Positions 10,808 through 21,885 of a stretch of 64,000 bases of DNA are shown here, piece by piece. The first letter of the stretch is position 1. Each line of letters begins with the position of its first letter. The stretch covers positions 1,426,001 through 1,490,000 of the forward strand of contig OX337232.1 of the NCBI GenBank assembly GCA_946965045.2, read 5' to 3'. The notes under the pieces were generated by a model that saw only the letters and a list, made by a program, of their open reading frames with translations, had not been told where the DNA came from and made no database searches. Source of the stretch: Epithemia pelagica. Its lineage: Eukaryota > Protista > Bacillariophyta. Position numbers and translations under genes: made by a program.

Positions 10808-13800
10808 CTCCCCACAATTCGTCGAGTGAGGATTGTTATTTTTTTTGTCGTTCTTGTGATTGTTTCCATTCCAGAAGAAGAAGAAGGTCTTGAACATCGT
10901 CTAGCATGTGGAGAATTTCCAATGTTTGCCGAGAACATCTTCTGGATGGGTGTATAAAAACGTCTGAGGCAGTTGATAATAAATCCATCATTCTTGAGTG
11001 TAAAGTTGTTGCAGATACCTTCAGAGCTCTTCTCCCCGGGTGCTTTCTTCATCCAAACATTGGGAATTGCTTTACTTGGTGACAAATCCATATCAAGAAA
11101 GACATCAAATAAACAGTCATGTTGACGTTCTCCTGAAGAATCAAATCCATTTGAGGTCTTGTAGTAGGTAACCAAGGTGTGACATAATTCCTTGAGTTCT
11201 TGTCTTGCGACTATCAAGGTCTTCTCCCCAGCTAAAGCTTTCAGGTTGCATGCATTTCCAATGTATGCTCTCAATATATCCATATCATTGAGAGGCCCAA
11301 GGTAGATGGTAGTATGGAAGTTGCAAAAGGAAATAGCACATGGACAGATTGCCTCAACTGGTTCTTTGGTAAAATGTTCACACGTGACGAGAAGTGCCTT
11401 GCATCTATCATCATGTTTCACACGATAGACTTGAATCTTGTTGTGATACTCTTCTTGTGCATCTAACATTTTCCCAAGATGGACTTGAACTTGATCATGA
11501 TCCTTCAATGTCTTGAGCGATTGAATCTGTGAGGGTCCAAAATTGGTAGTGTCTTGCCACTTGTTTTTGCCATGTTGCTTATCTAAAACAATTGCTTCTT
11601 TGTGTGTCTGTGGAACGTGTGGGTAACCAAACTTGTACTTGACAAAAAGACTCAGTTGCTTGATTCTTGACTGCTGTTTAGCAGCTTGAATGAGGCATTC
11701 ACTGATCTTGACAAAATGCTTGAAATGCTTCCATCCAAGTTCATTCAGTAGGTCATGTTTCTTGCCATAGACAATGGTTATGGTGGGTGTTGGAGGCTCA
11801 AAGATCATCTCCCCAGTCTCCCAATCAACAAGTACATTCCAGCGACTTCCTTTGTAGTCAGGGTTGTTGTTACTGCTTGAAGGTCCTTGATGTATGACAA
11901 CATCTCTGAATTGGAAAACAACATCTTCAGTTGCCTGTTCCTGGTTGTCCTGTCCATTGTATTCCACAAGTTGACTGCATGAGATCACCTTCTTGTCAAT
12001 ATTGGAATTGTGTTTGCAGAAAATGTACTTCTTGATACATGCTTCTTGCTTGAAAGCATCTTGTTCTAAATTGACGTGTTGGATTATACATGCTTGTTGT
12101 TGCTCCCCATTTCCCTCTGCTGGTTTGTAAGGAAACGCTTGTCCAAAAATTTTGTCGCAGTTCTTGATCGTAGGCATTTGTGCGGATGGATCTTCACCTT
12201 TGCTACAAATGAAAACGGTGTCAGCTTGCTTGTCATTGGGTTTATTTGGAAGTGACTCCTCCCCTGAAGAGGCATCCGGACAAAGATAGGGTGCATAAGA
12301 TTCGGTACAGGAGAAGACCTTGTCGCAGAGAAGGAAGAAAAGGGGTTGGGAAAAATCGGGTGGGCGACCATTGAGGATCTGAAGAGGAAGATGACCAGAA
12401 ACGTTTATGATGACGTAAGGCATCTTCTTAACGGTAGGATAACGCTTCTCAGTCCTCATGTTGTGATCTTGATGGTACAGTTTGGAACAAGAGTCTCCAA
12501 TAAGGGGTGAGGAGAAGGAAGGTGTATCAGGTCCATGATCGTAAGGTAAATCCAAAAGGTGAGTGAGGTTACAGACATCACGATCAGTGTACTCCCCATA
12601 ATTGTCATTGTCATATGGGTGATGCGTCATACTACCATCAGTGTTGACTTGTAGCCAGTTAGAAGCACTGTCAGGTGATGAGGCAGGATGCAAATGATCT
12701 AAAACACCAGGATCCCAGATATCAGGTGACGTGAAGATGATTTGGGGTAATGTGTCCATGTCATCATCACTGGGGATACCAAGGGAGTGGATGTATGATA
12801 ATCCATTTTTGCTGTGAAGAGGGATAGCACGTCCACCAAGTATAGTGATGCATTGTTTGCCATCAACTTTAGCAGATCTGTCCATGTCGTCATCAGAAGG
12901 AACACCCAAATACTGAATATAGGCAAGACCATCCTTGATACAGAGAGGTAAAGCACGTCCATCAAGAGTAGTGATGCGTTGCTTCCCATCCACCGTGACA
13001 GAACGTTCATCCACAGATAGTCCATAATGTTCTAATTGGCAAGGCGCATGTATAGACTGTCCTTTTCCATAGTATGCATATTCGTTCAAGATGCCGACGA
13101 TTGGCCCGTCATTAGTTTCAAATTTGGCAGCACAAGTGACAATAGGGAGACCAGTAAGCTCATGGTTGTCGATTCCTACAGTCGTGATGTTACGACCTGT
13201 CTTGGAAAGGATACGCATATCAGCTCCGGCTAAACCACCATTGGCACCGCGATCGATGAGTTGATTCCCAGTATAGGTTGACTTTCGAGAGAACATGTAC
13301 TGAGCCATGTGGATCTTCTGCTTGTGCTCTTTCTGTTTGAAACTAACTTTCTTACTCGTCTTGGATGCGGCATTGGATAGAACATTAGACAAATCAGAAG
13401 CTGGATGATTGAGGTCGGTTGACGTCATTGCTTGATGGATGAGATGGGTGGCTGGATCGGAATCATCCTGCGGATATGTGAGGTTGTCCAGGTCGTCGAA
13501 AACATCTTGACCAGGGTCAGGATCAGGTTCAGGATCAATGTCAAGGGAGTGTTGCTGTACGTTTCTTGGACTTGGAGTAGGAGCTTGCACGTTCTTGTTA
13601 TACTCAACAATCACCTTGCGAGCATCCTCAGGAAGTTTAAACCATAGGTCACGAGGAAGACTGGCTTTTGGAGATGCCGTGTTATCATCTTGGACGTTGG
13701 TATTGTTTATCTGATATGCATCGTCTTCCTGAAGGGATCCCTCAATATCACGTTGTGTTTCGTGTTGCTCGTGTTGCTTGACACTACGACGATGACCAGT

Positions 13801-14967
13801 TGCAGAAGATTGCGTGACTTGATCATGGTCATATGCTGCGTCCATCAAAATGGAGAAGTACGATTGATAACGTAAAGACTTTGCTCCAGACTTTGTGTTG
13901 ACAACGTTGTCCAATATTTTAACTCTGTGAAGGTCAGGTACCTTCTCGACAGCTTGCATAAGAAACGTCATCCTGGTGTGATCAGGTATGCGATCAGAGA
14001 GATCAACAAGGTTATCGAGTAAACGTAGTTTGTCTTGGAAATGAAGCAAGAATTGACGTGATGATCCACGCCATGTATCATCAAGGCGAAGGTTGGAGAT
14101 GTAATTGGTTAATCATAGGACCTCTCGTTTTGCTAAGTCTGACTTCGTATGCAATGTGTGAAGCTTCTCTAACACTGCTCGTGCATCTTCATCATGCTCA
14201 TGTTCGCAAACATAAGCTCTTCCTTGGTCAGTCTGGATGATGCGCACAAGGATGGAGTATAGGAAGATCTGTTGCTCTTGGAAAAGTTCTGTTGCATACG
14301 TATCATTTGTCGGCGGCTTGTATCAGAAGTCAAGAACATGAGATAAACCTTGGGCTTTTGCTGTGGTCTTGAAAGTCCTCCAGAACGTGTCGTAGTATCG
14401 TTCATCCTTGAATGTTTCATATGCCATAGCGTCACGCTTGGTTCCCTTCTTGAATGCGGTTAGGTCCAGTTGGGACTGCGATGCAGCAGAAGTAGTACTA
14501 AGCGATTTGGGTGACGTCGAATGGGATGGAGGCTTCATGGGTGATACTGGGTCAGTGATAGGGCTTCCAGAGCGAAAGTCAGTGTTTATCCTCCATAGAT
14601 CAAATTCTGCCTTGGTCAGATTCATCCAGGTTGCCTTGGAAGGGATACTCTGGATATCGGTGCTCTTTTGTCGGTACCAGTAGGCAAGCAACTTGATCTG
14701 ATGGCTTGTGTTGATATGTAGGTCATGCATTTGTTTTCCTGACTTGTACTTGACCATATTATCCATATTCTTCTCTGGGTCATCCGCCATATGTTCGATG
14801 ATACTGAGTATATCATCAAAAGCATGATGATGCATCCATTTCGTGAGTACATTGACCCTTTTCTTGGAAAAGTTGAACAACACCTGAGTAATATGATCAA
14901 AGACTTCTTGATCAGATATACTTTGATTGGGGTGGAACTCTGGTGTGGTCGATGTAGTCGGTTCCAT
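10783..14967 (-). pseudogene. Degenerate gag-PR-(IN/RT remnant) frame of the nested copia element
   Basis: The 214-aa and 1088-aa ORFs are in one frame, interrupted only by TGA codons at 14323-14325 and 14113-14115 (probable CGA>TGA). The frame ends inside the 3' LTR. Confidence 0.8.
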
Positions 14968-15421
14968 GATTGCTCGACTTGGTGATGAGATATGTTGATA
15001 TGTGTCCTGCGATGTCTTAGTCGAAAACTTTAGTAATGTCTTGTGCTTCGTGATGAGAACCCGGATGTAAAAGTCTCAACCCGGATGTGTGGTGTGCCTT
15101 CTGAACCCGGATGTGCCACGTGTGTGCCACGTATGAAGTACCGGGATGTGTGTTGTGATGTCCAAAAGGTAACCCGGATGTGCGGAACTCGGTTTTGTCT
15201 CCGGTTTGGTGTGAAAACTACTTAAAGTTACTTATTCTTGGTCCTAGTGCAGCTTGAGGTCCTGGAATAGGAGAGGGTTGGTGACCCTAGCCTTAGCCAG
15301 GCTGGCCCTGTTGGTGGGTTGAGTAGCTTTGTCCTCTAACTCTTGTTGTTGTGGTAGCTCAATCTGTAACGGGTGTTGATGGGTAAGTAAGGTTTCAATT
15401 GCAACTGCAGGGAAATAAGCA

Positions 15422-15436
15422 GTGAGACTGTTAATC
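15422..15436 (-). other. Primer-binding site complementary to a tRNA-Asn(GUU) anticodon arm
   Basis: The plus strand reads TGAGA-CTGTTAA-TC (anticodon stem 5' arm, canonical GTT loop, positions 39-40) and abuts the LTR with no gap. Confidence 0.7.
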
Positions 15437-16145
15437 TAGTAGAGATTCATCAATACACGCTCTAGATGAGCCACAATCCATTACCAACTGATATCAAGGT
15501 TCTCCACGGGTCAGAGAACAAAGGAAACCCAAGGGCTCTATCGTAGGGATAGTCAGGACACTGAAGATGTGATGATATGGTAATGTTAATGATTGTGAGC
15601 TTTAGGACTACGGTGTGTGTGTGGGTGTGCAGGTCTGGTCAGGGTGCATGACTGATATATTCATGGTGCTGACAGGACTGGTATGGTTGGAGTAGACATG
15701 GATTTTGTGTATTGGAAGTATATGCACTTGTATATCATATACCAATGCCAACAGCTCTTGCTTTGTCATGATATAGGTAGTTTCCTTGGCGCGTTGCTGT
15801 TTGCATTCTTTGATTTGTGGGAATAGAGATATGGTCTCGCGTGATCGTGATTCGTGCTTCGGTTACTTAGGCCGTTGGGCTAAGTTGTGGAGGTGCGTAC
15901 TCGGATATTGATTGCGCGCGCTTGAGAATAATGGGCGCGCACGTGTTGGGCCATAATTAATATCCGATCGGTCGCTCATAACGCTTGCATTGCGAGCATG
16001 CCTTGGCCGAAATTAAAAGGTCTGCAAGCATGCCGTCATTCTTTTCTCACTTTTACGAAAATGTCATCGGATGCCATAAAATACTAGCATCAGTCGATGA
16101 GTTGTAGATTCCACCACAACCTAGTTGTTGGTGAGAATTCTGCCA
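15437..16145 (-). repeat. 5' LTR of nested copia element
   Basis: Direct repeat of 10099-10807 (704/709 identical). Confidence 0.92.
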
Positions 16146-18665
16146 TCGAATGGTAAGATTGTAATGCGCTGTTCCCTGTAGGTTAAGATTGTCTGCAAGG
16201 CTCTCACGCATTCCACAATTTGCAAAGTTTGCCAGGTTGTCGTGGAAGCTCTCCAACTTGGATTCCCCTCTGACTGCAATGTATTCAGGTAAGGAGTGGC
16301 GTGAATTCTTGTTGGCTGCAACTGTCAAATACATGTCTTCAAGTGGTAGTGGATCTGACAAATACACTGCCTTTTGTTTGCAATTTTCTATCGCGAGATG
16401 AGTATCCTCCGTAAATAGAGGTTGATTTGTCCGGGGATCTCGTCGACCTCTTGCTGATGGCTTGCCTGGTGAGGCAGTGACCTTATAGGTCACTTTGAAT
16501 TCTTCCAGCTTCGCAATGATGACTTCTTTCGAGCGGATCATTTTTTGTATGTACTTTCCATACCTTCGTCCAAACTCTGGAGTGTCGAGCAGATCCTGTA
16601 TCTCGCCCTCAGTGTATTGTTTCTTGCTACTTGACATTTTTCCTTCTTTCAGCGCTTGAAGGACATTATTCATATCCTCATCATTATACTCATACAGGGC
16701 CATTTTGAGATCACGGAGTGCTCGCCCATAATCAATGTGTCTTGGTCGCAGAGTCTTCACAATTCTCTGCAGGAAATGAAACAGGCCGAGGCAACCCTTC
16801 ACCTCGTCACCCCAAATCAAGACCCAGAAGTCAATGGAAGAAGGCCATGTATCAGTATACATGGCCTTCGGACGAAACCATGGCCGACGAGCAAGCTGTT
16901 CGACAGCATGGCTCACCTCCTGGATTTTGGTATTTTTAACGAGAATAGCACAGGCGATCTCACCTTTTTCGTTGGCTACGTCAAACAGGGCCTTTGCCTT
17001 ACAGGCTGAGGGATAGTTTTTCACTGTCTGGTGAGTATGATCATTCGCAAATGTTCGTTTGCATCTCACCATTTGCATTTCTCTCGTGTGTCTATCATGA
17101 TCCGACAGACCCCACCAATTCCAATTGGAACTAGCCGCATCGTCATACAGCTGACGGATGGTGTCACCTTGTGGAGGGAAGTTGACCAGCCACTCGCCAT
17201 CCTTTTTGGGATAGTCCTCACTTTTTTGGCCAGTGGATGCACAGAATGAATAGTACCTCGTTTGTCTGTCTTTGGAGTCTGTATTGATATCACTGTAGAT
17301 CATTCTAGAAAAATAATCTCCATTGCCGTAGGTCAGCATAGAGTGTTCTAGCATGTGGGTAGCATCTCGAGTAAGATGTGCCATCCCACGAGCGTACTTT
17401 GGCTCCACAGGGTATGCCATGGCCATCCAAGGTGGGAGTTTTGCTAAAAATCGTCCTTCATTCCCTTGGAAGCATGTTTTACATGCCGAGCACCTATAGT
17501 GCATGACAATGGCGTATCTTGGGGGACCAGAGCTTCCGAATAGGGGGAAAAGACACTTGTTTTTGGAGAAATTACTCCGTGTCCGATGGAGTTTACCATT
17601 GCATAGAGGGCAAAAGAGTACTTCTCCAGGAAAAAAGAGTTCCCAACCCACAACCAAGAGTTTCTGGCGAGAAAATGAGTCGTACAAAGCACACGTGTTG
17701 GTAGCGCAGGCCGGTACACAAAACTCCATACCGTCAAAGAAGTTTGATAGCACACTCGTATCACGCTTTGTCCCCAGGCACGCTTCTTGCATAAATGAGG
17801 CAAGCGCATGCATTGTCTTGGGACACGTGATACCGTTGAATGTACCATGTGTAACCCTATGTAATATTTCCTTTTTGAAATTTTCAGCCGACATGCGCAG
17901 CTCTGTCACTGTCACACTTTGACCGTTGCTGATTTCGCCCATTCTCCCTTCTGCCAACTTCTCACCTGTCAACGACTCTAGAGTGAGTTTTCCTGGGTTC
18001 AACACTTTTTTGGCCGTATTGGGACGCGGCTTCATGAAGTCCTCCCAGTCCTCCATGGCGATCCCTGGTCTGTGCTTTTCAGCTTCAGACAATGGTTGTT
18101 TGTTGTTTCTTTCCCTCTCCTTCGCTGCTTTATCCACCAGTCTCTTGATCTGTCCCATTTCGTTTGTCTTGTGTGGTTTTCCCTTTGTTTTGGTGTTGAG
18201 TGGACAGAGCATGTGGTGGGATCTGTGTGGTTTGGGGAGGTTGTTGTGTTTGGCTCTACACACACAACAATCAATCTCTTGTTGAAACTCCACGACTCCG
18301 GTAAGTGTTTGATAACCAGAGCGTCGTTGTCCGTGTCGAACAGGGAGTCGACTACACAAGTTGCCCAGTCGTTGCGACTGGGGACCCATTGCTGCTCTTG
18401 CAGCACTTTGTGCTGCTGCAAATGATTGCACAGCACCAGAGGATGACCTACTAACCATCTTTATTCGATTACGTTGTCTACAGGTCTGAGATGGCCAGAA
18501 AGTGGTCAATGTCTTGTTGTCGTCTTGTGTTTTGTCGACAATGGCGCGAGCGACCGCCTCGATCGGCTGATGGAATCCAACTTGGAGGTTTTTTTTGTTT
18601 TTTTCTTGCTGCCAATCCGTGATTCGGGGCCTTCGTGGGATTGGTTTTAAATCGAGGTAAGACAT
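16146..18665 (-). pseudogene. 5' part (840 codons) of Dada/DUF6729-like transposase copy 2
   Basis: Same motif series as copy 1 (NDHTH, YTDTW, GLFHFLQRI, RGESKLESFH). Homology stops exactly at the TSD, and the ORF-track tail WQNSHQQ... is LTR sequence. Confidence 0.85.
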
Positions 18666-18709
18666 TTTTAACTCGTTTTTCGTAAAGTGTTTAATTGTTG
18701 TGTGACATG

Positions 18710-18734
18710 TCTAACCCAATCATATTGCTGCCTT
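18710..18734 (-). promoter_or_regulatory. 25-bp non-coding motif shared by both transposase genes (copy 2)
   Basis: tctaacccaatcatattgctgcctt, 45 nt upstream of the ATG. Confidence 0.6.
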
Positions 18735-19573
18735 GGAAAACTAACACCCCACGAACGTAGCTAGCTAGAGGAAATTTCTCAAATAGGCCCGTGCCCCGTG
18801 CCGCACAACACAAAGACAAACAGGGGCTGGTTTTCACGGCCCCCTTTCTTGTTTCTCGTGTGTGCAGCTGGAGTTGATTCCAATAAGATTAATGCCCCCT
18901 TATTATGGGGGTGAATCTCAGTACGTGTTGGGCTTCCGACCGCGTATCGAACAAAGCGCAAGAGTCAAGAGTGGAACTCTACTGTATGTCGTAACCCCCA
19001 AATCTCAATCCCAACCGGCTCTTAAATTTGAGCCCATAACCTGAGCATTTTAGATTTGAGATAAATCTGAGACGAAATTTGTCCGGGGGTAGGCCCCGGC
19101 TCATGAACTTTCGTCGTAAACTTATTCTGAAATCAAAATGGTTATAAATACTCAGACATGAATATTCTAAATCGTATGCCTTCCCCGTGACATTATTATT
19201 TAAACAACCTTCTTTGTTATTTAGAGAAGTGTCTGGGGGTCTGTGGGGGATACGGCGCGGAAAACTAATTAGCATATCCATCCTTGTATATTGTATAAAA
19301 TATGCTGGCGTGTGATTCACAGCTTGTCATTTTGCGTCTAAGACATTCAGTAGCAGTCGTGATCTTATACTTAAGCTCTACTTTTTGGAATTATTTCTAA
19401 TTTTTGCATTGGATTAAGTTTATGACATACAGTAGACGCCCAGTGCCAAAAGAGACACAAACAACGCCACATACATTCATTCTACACAATTCTGTCTCCT
19501 CGAAAATTCTTCTTCTGCCGTCAGTTGCGGGTTGCGGGGGAAGCAAAGAGAAAAAGGCCCAGTACAGAACAGA

Positions 19574-21736
19574 ATGTCTCTGTCATCCTTTGCTCCAAGA
19601 CTGCTATCATCTCCATCGTCTTCCTTTGGTGCTTCCAATTCTTCATCGACAACGACCGTTGGTGCAGATTCATCGACACTTGTTGTACAAGCTGGTGACA
19701 AAGCCGTGGTCTCTTCAACGACGACAACGACTACACTGGGAGGAACATCCCCCTTTCGAGTTGCCACGAGCCATTTCATGACGACTGCAACATCATCGAG
19801 GGAAGGGAACCATTTATCCTCCATCCCTACCACAGAAACAAGCCTCGATTCCACCACCAGTGACGACGATCTGCTACCACTGGTTCCCACTACCCAAAGA
19901 ATTACCAACACCGACCTGTTGCCTTCGGTGACACCGTCTTCGCCTGACAAGACAAGCACGACTTGTGGCATGTCTCCGGAAGCAGAAAGAGGAGAGGGAC
20001 AGCACCTTGCCTGTGACAATGGTCACGATCCATTGGACAACCCCGCTGCCAATCAAAGTCATGACTGCGACAACCCTGAGGTAGAGACGTCTTTGGCAGT
20101 GGAGAATAATCACAATGACGGTGGCTCGTCGCTGGCAGGTGCCATTTTCAATTTTACTAATTGTATTGTTGGTGCCGGGGCAATCGGTTTGGGTGGTGCC
20201 ATGGCTCGATCGGGAGGGGCCATATCGGTCTTGTCTATTTTGGGTTTTGCCTTTTTGACCAAACGATCCTTGGATCTGGTCATTCGATTGTCTCTCGAAC
20301 AAGCACCACCATCTCACTCTACCGGAGGCTCCTATTCCATCTCGTACGAAGATTTGGGACAAGTGGCCTTTGGAACGATCGGACGCTGGATTATTGCAGC
20401 CTCCAAGTTTTTGTATTCCTTTGGATGTCTCGTCGCCTACGTCGTGGTGGTCAAGGACAATTTAGCCGCCGCCACTCTCAATTTAATGCAACACACCTGT
20501 CATCATAATCATGAATCTACAGCTGGTGACAATGTTATATGGACAGCGACCCTACGATCCATGCTGTCCTCGTTGTGTGCCATTTTGGGAAATCGAATTG
20601 AGACGACTTGGTTGGTGTGTATTGCCATCATTTTCCCACTCTGCTTATGGCGAGATATGAGACCACTGGCAAGTTTGAGTGCTCTTTCGGTGGCATCCAT
20701 TGTTTCCATCATGGTCATCATTTTGTATCTCTACCTCGTCGACCCCAATCATGAAATTCAACAACAAAACGAATCGGCGGCGGCGGCCCGGCATCATGGA
20801 GACCCCACCATTGACGACGACAAGGTGATGGGTGGTGGTATGTACGAAACGTGGTTGGAAATACGACCTGGATACATCGAATGCATGGGAACCTTTGTCT
20901 TTACCTTTGTCAGTCAACATACAGTGCATTTGGTCTTTCAATCTCTCAAGGCCGAGTTGCGGACAGCACGTCACTGGAATTGGGTTTCACTTTGGGCTGT
21001 TTTGATTTCGGCCATTTTGTCACTGGCCATTGGTATGGGAGTGTACATGTCCTTTGGATTGAATGCTGAGTCGGACATTTTTGAGATTTATCCCCAAACG
21101 CCTCTCATTGACGTGGCCAAATTGATGCTCTCCATTACCATGATTCTCACCTTCCCCTTGCCGTTTTTCACGTGCCGAGAACTATTGATCATCACATTCT
21201 TTCCCTCACCATCTTCCTTGGGAGGTAACAACCAGGGAAACGACATGGACACGTCACTAGAGTTCTCCCCCGAACGAAGACGGGATGAAAGCCAAGGTGT
21301 CGACAATGGACAAGGAGAGGGTTCCGATCTGGAACAACCTTTGCTGGTGGAGCGACGCTATAGTGGAGTGACATCGTCAACTTCGGATTTGATCTCGACT
21401 TCTGTTCAAGCCGTCGCCGCTTCGGCCCTTGGCTATGCTTTGCTGGAAGATGATCCTCGACAATTAAAGTTGCCCTTTCACATTGCCATGACGTTCAAAC
21501 TGTGGTTGGTGGTGGTGAGTTTGGCCATTGCCGCTCCATCTCTGGGCGATGTACTCGATCTCGTGGGTTGTGCCTCCGGAACCATGATTGCCTTTATTGT
21601 ACCCTCCTGTATCTCCTTTCGATTAAAAGGGTATAGCCTGGAAGCGGCCATTCTCCTGCTCGTGGGAGGCGTTGTGGGCACAGTGGGAACCTTATTCAGC
21701 GTGCGACAGATTTTGACTGATATGCGAATAGTATAA
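19574..21736 (+). CDS. Amino acid transporter, Aa_trans (AAAP/SLC38-like) family
   Basis: AIFNFTNCIVGAGAIGLG, SYEDLG..AFG, FTFVSQH, GCASG motifs, multiple TM segments and a long Ser/Thr-rich N-terminus. Start codon uncertain. Confidence 0.88.
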   Translation: MSLSSFAPRLLSSPSSSFGASNSSSTTTVGADSSTLVVQAGDKAVVSSTTTTTTLGGTSPFRVATSHFMTTATSSREGNHLSSIPTTETSLDSTTSDDDLLPLVPTTQRITNTDLLPSVTPSSPDKTSTTCGMSPEAERGEGQHLACDNGHDPLDNPAANQSHDCDNPEVETSLAVENNHNDGGSSLAGAIFNFTNCIVGAGAIGLGGAMARSGGAISVLSILGFAFLTKRSLDLVIRLSLEQAPPSHSTGGSYSISYEDLGQVAFGTIGRWIIAASKFLYSFGCLVAYVVVVKDNLAAATLNLMQHTCHHNHESTAGDNVIWTATLRSMLSSLCAILGNRIETTWLVCIAIIFPLCLWRDMRPLASLSALSVASIVSIMVIILYLYLVDPNHEIQQQNESAAAARHHGDPTIDDDKVMGGGMYETWLEIRPGYIECMGTFVFTFVSQHTVHLVFQSLKAELRTARHWNWVSLWAVLISAILSLAIGMGVYMSFGLNAESDIFEIYPQTPLIDVAKLMLSITMILTFPLPFFTCRELLIITFFPSPSSLGGNNQGNDMDTSLEFSPERRRDESQGVDNGQGEGSDLEQPLLVERRYSGVTSSTSDLISTSVQAVAASALGYALLEDDPRQLKLPFHIAMTFKLWLVVVSLAIAAPSLGDVLDLVGCASGTMIAFIVPSCISFRLKGYSLEAAILLLVGGVVGTVGTLFSVRQILTDMRIV

Positions 21737-21885
21737 CAGCAAACAGATAATCTCGCAACCCCCCGAGAGGACCATTGCCAGTCAAATAGATCGGAGGGAA
21801 CGAAAGCACGGCATAGACAATTTTGTAAATACAACAGAAGTAATAGAGAAAAGCTAATGTTTGCATGACTAATGTGTGAACAATT

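Larger units (their letters stand above)
10099..16145 (-). mobile_element. Non-autonomous Ty1/copia LTR retrotransposon nested in transposase copy 2
   Basis: 709-bp LTRs with 5 mismatches, 5-bp TSD tcgaa (10094-10098 and 16146-16150), gag and protease (LIDRGANGG), decayed IN/RT remnants, no YVDD and no RNase H. Confidence 0.9.

Noticed and set aside
10715-10897. Short ORF sharing the tail WQNSHQQLGCGG with the 870-aa ORF
   Set aside because: The shared peptide is simply LTR sequence read in frame, not a protein domain.
3981-19400. tRNA or snRNA target gene at the Dada-like element flanks
   Set aside because: No A/B-box, cloverleaf or U1/U6 sequence could be recognised by eye.
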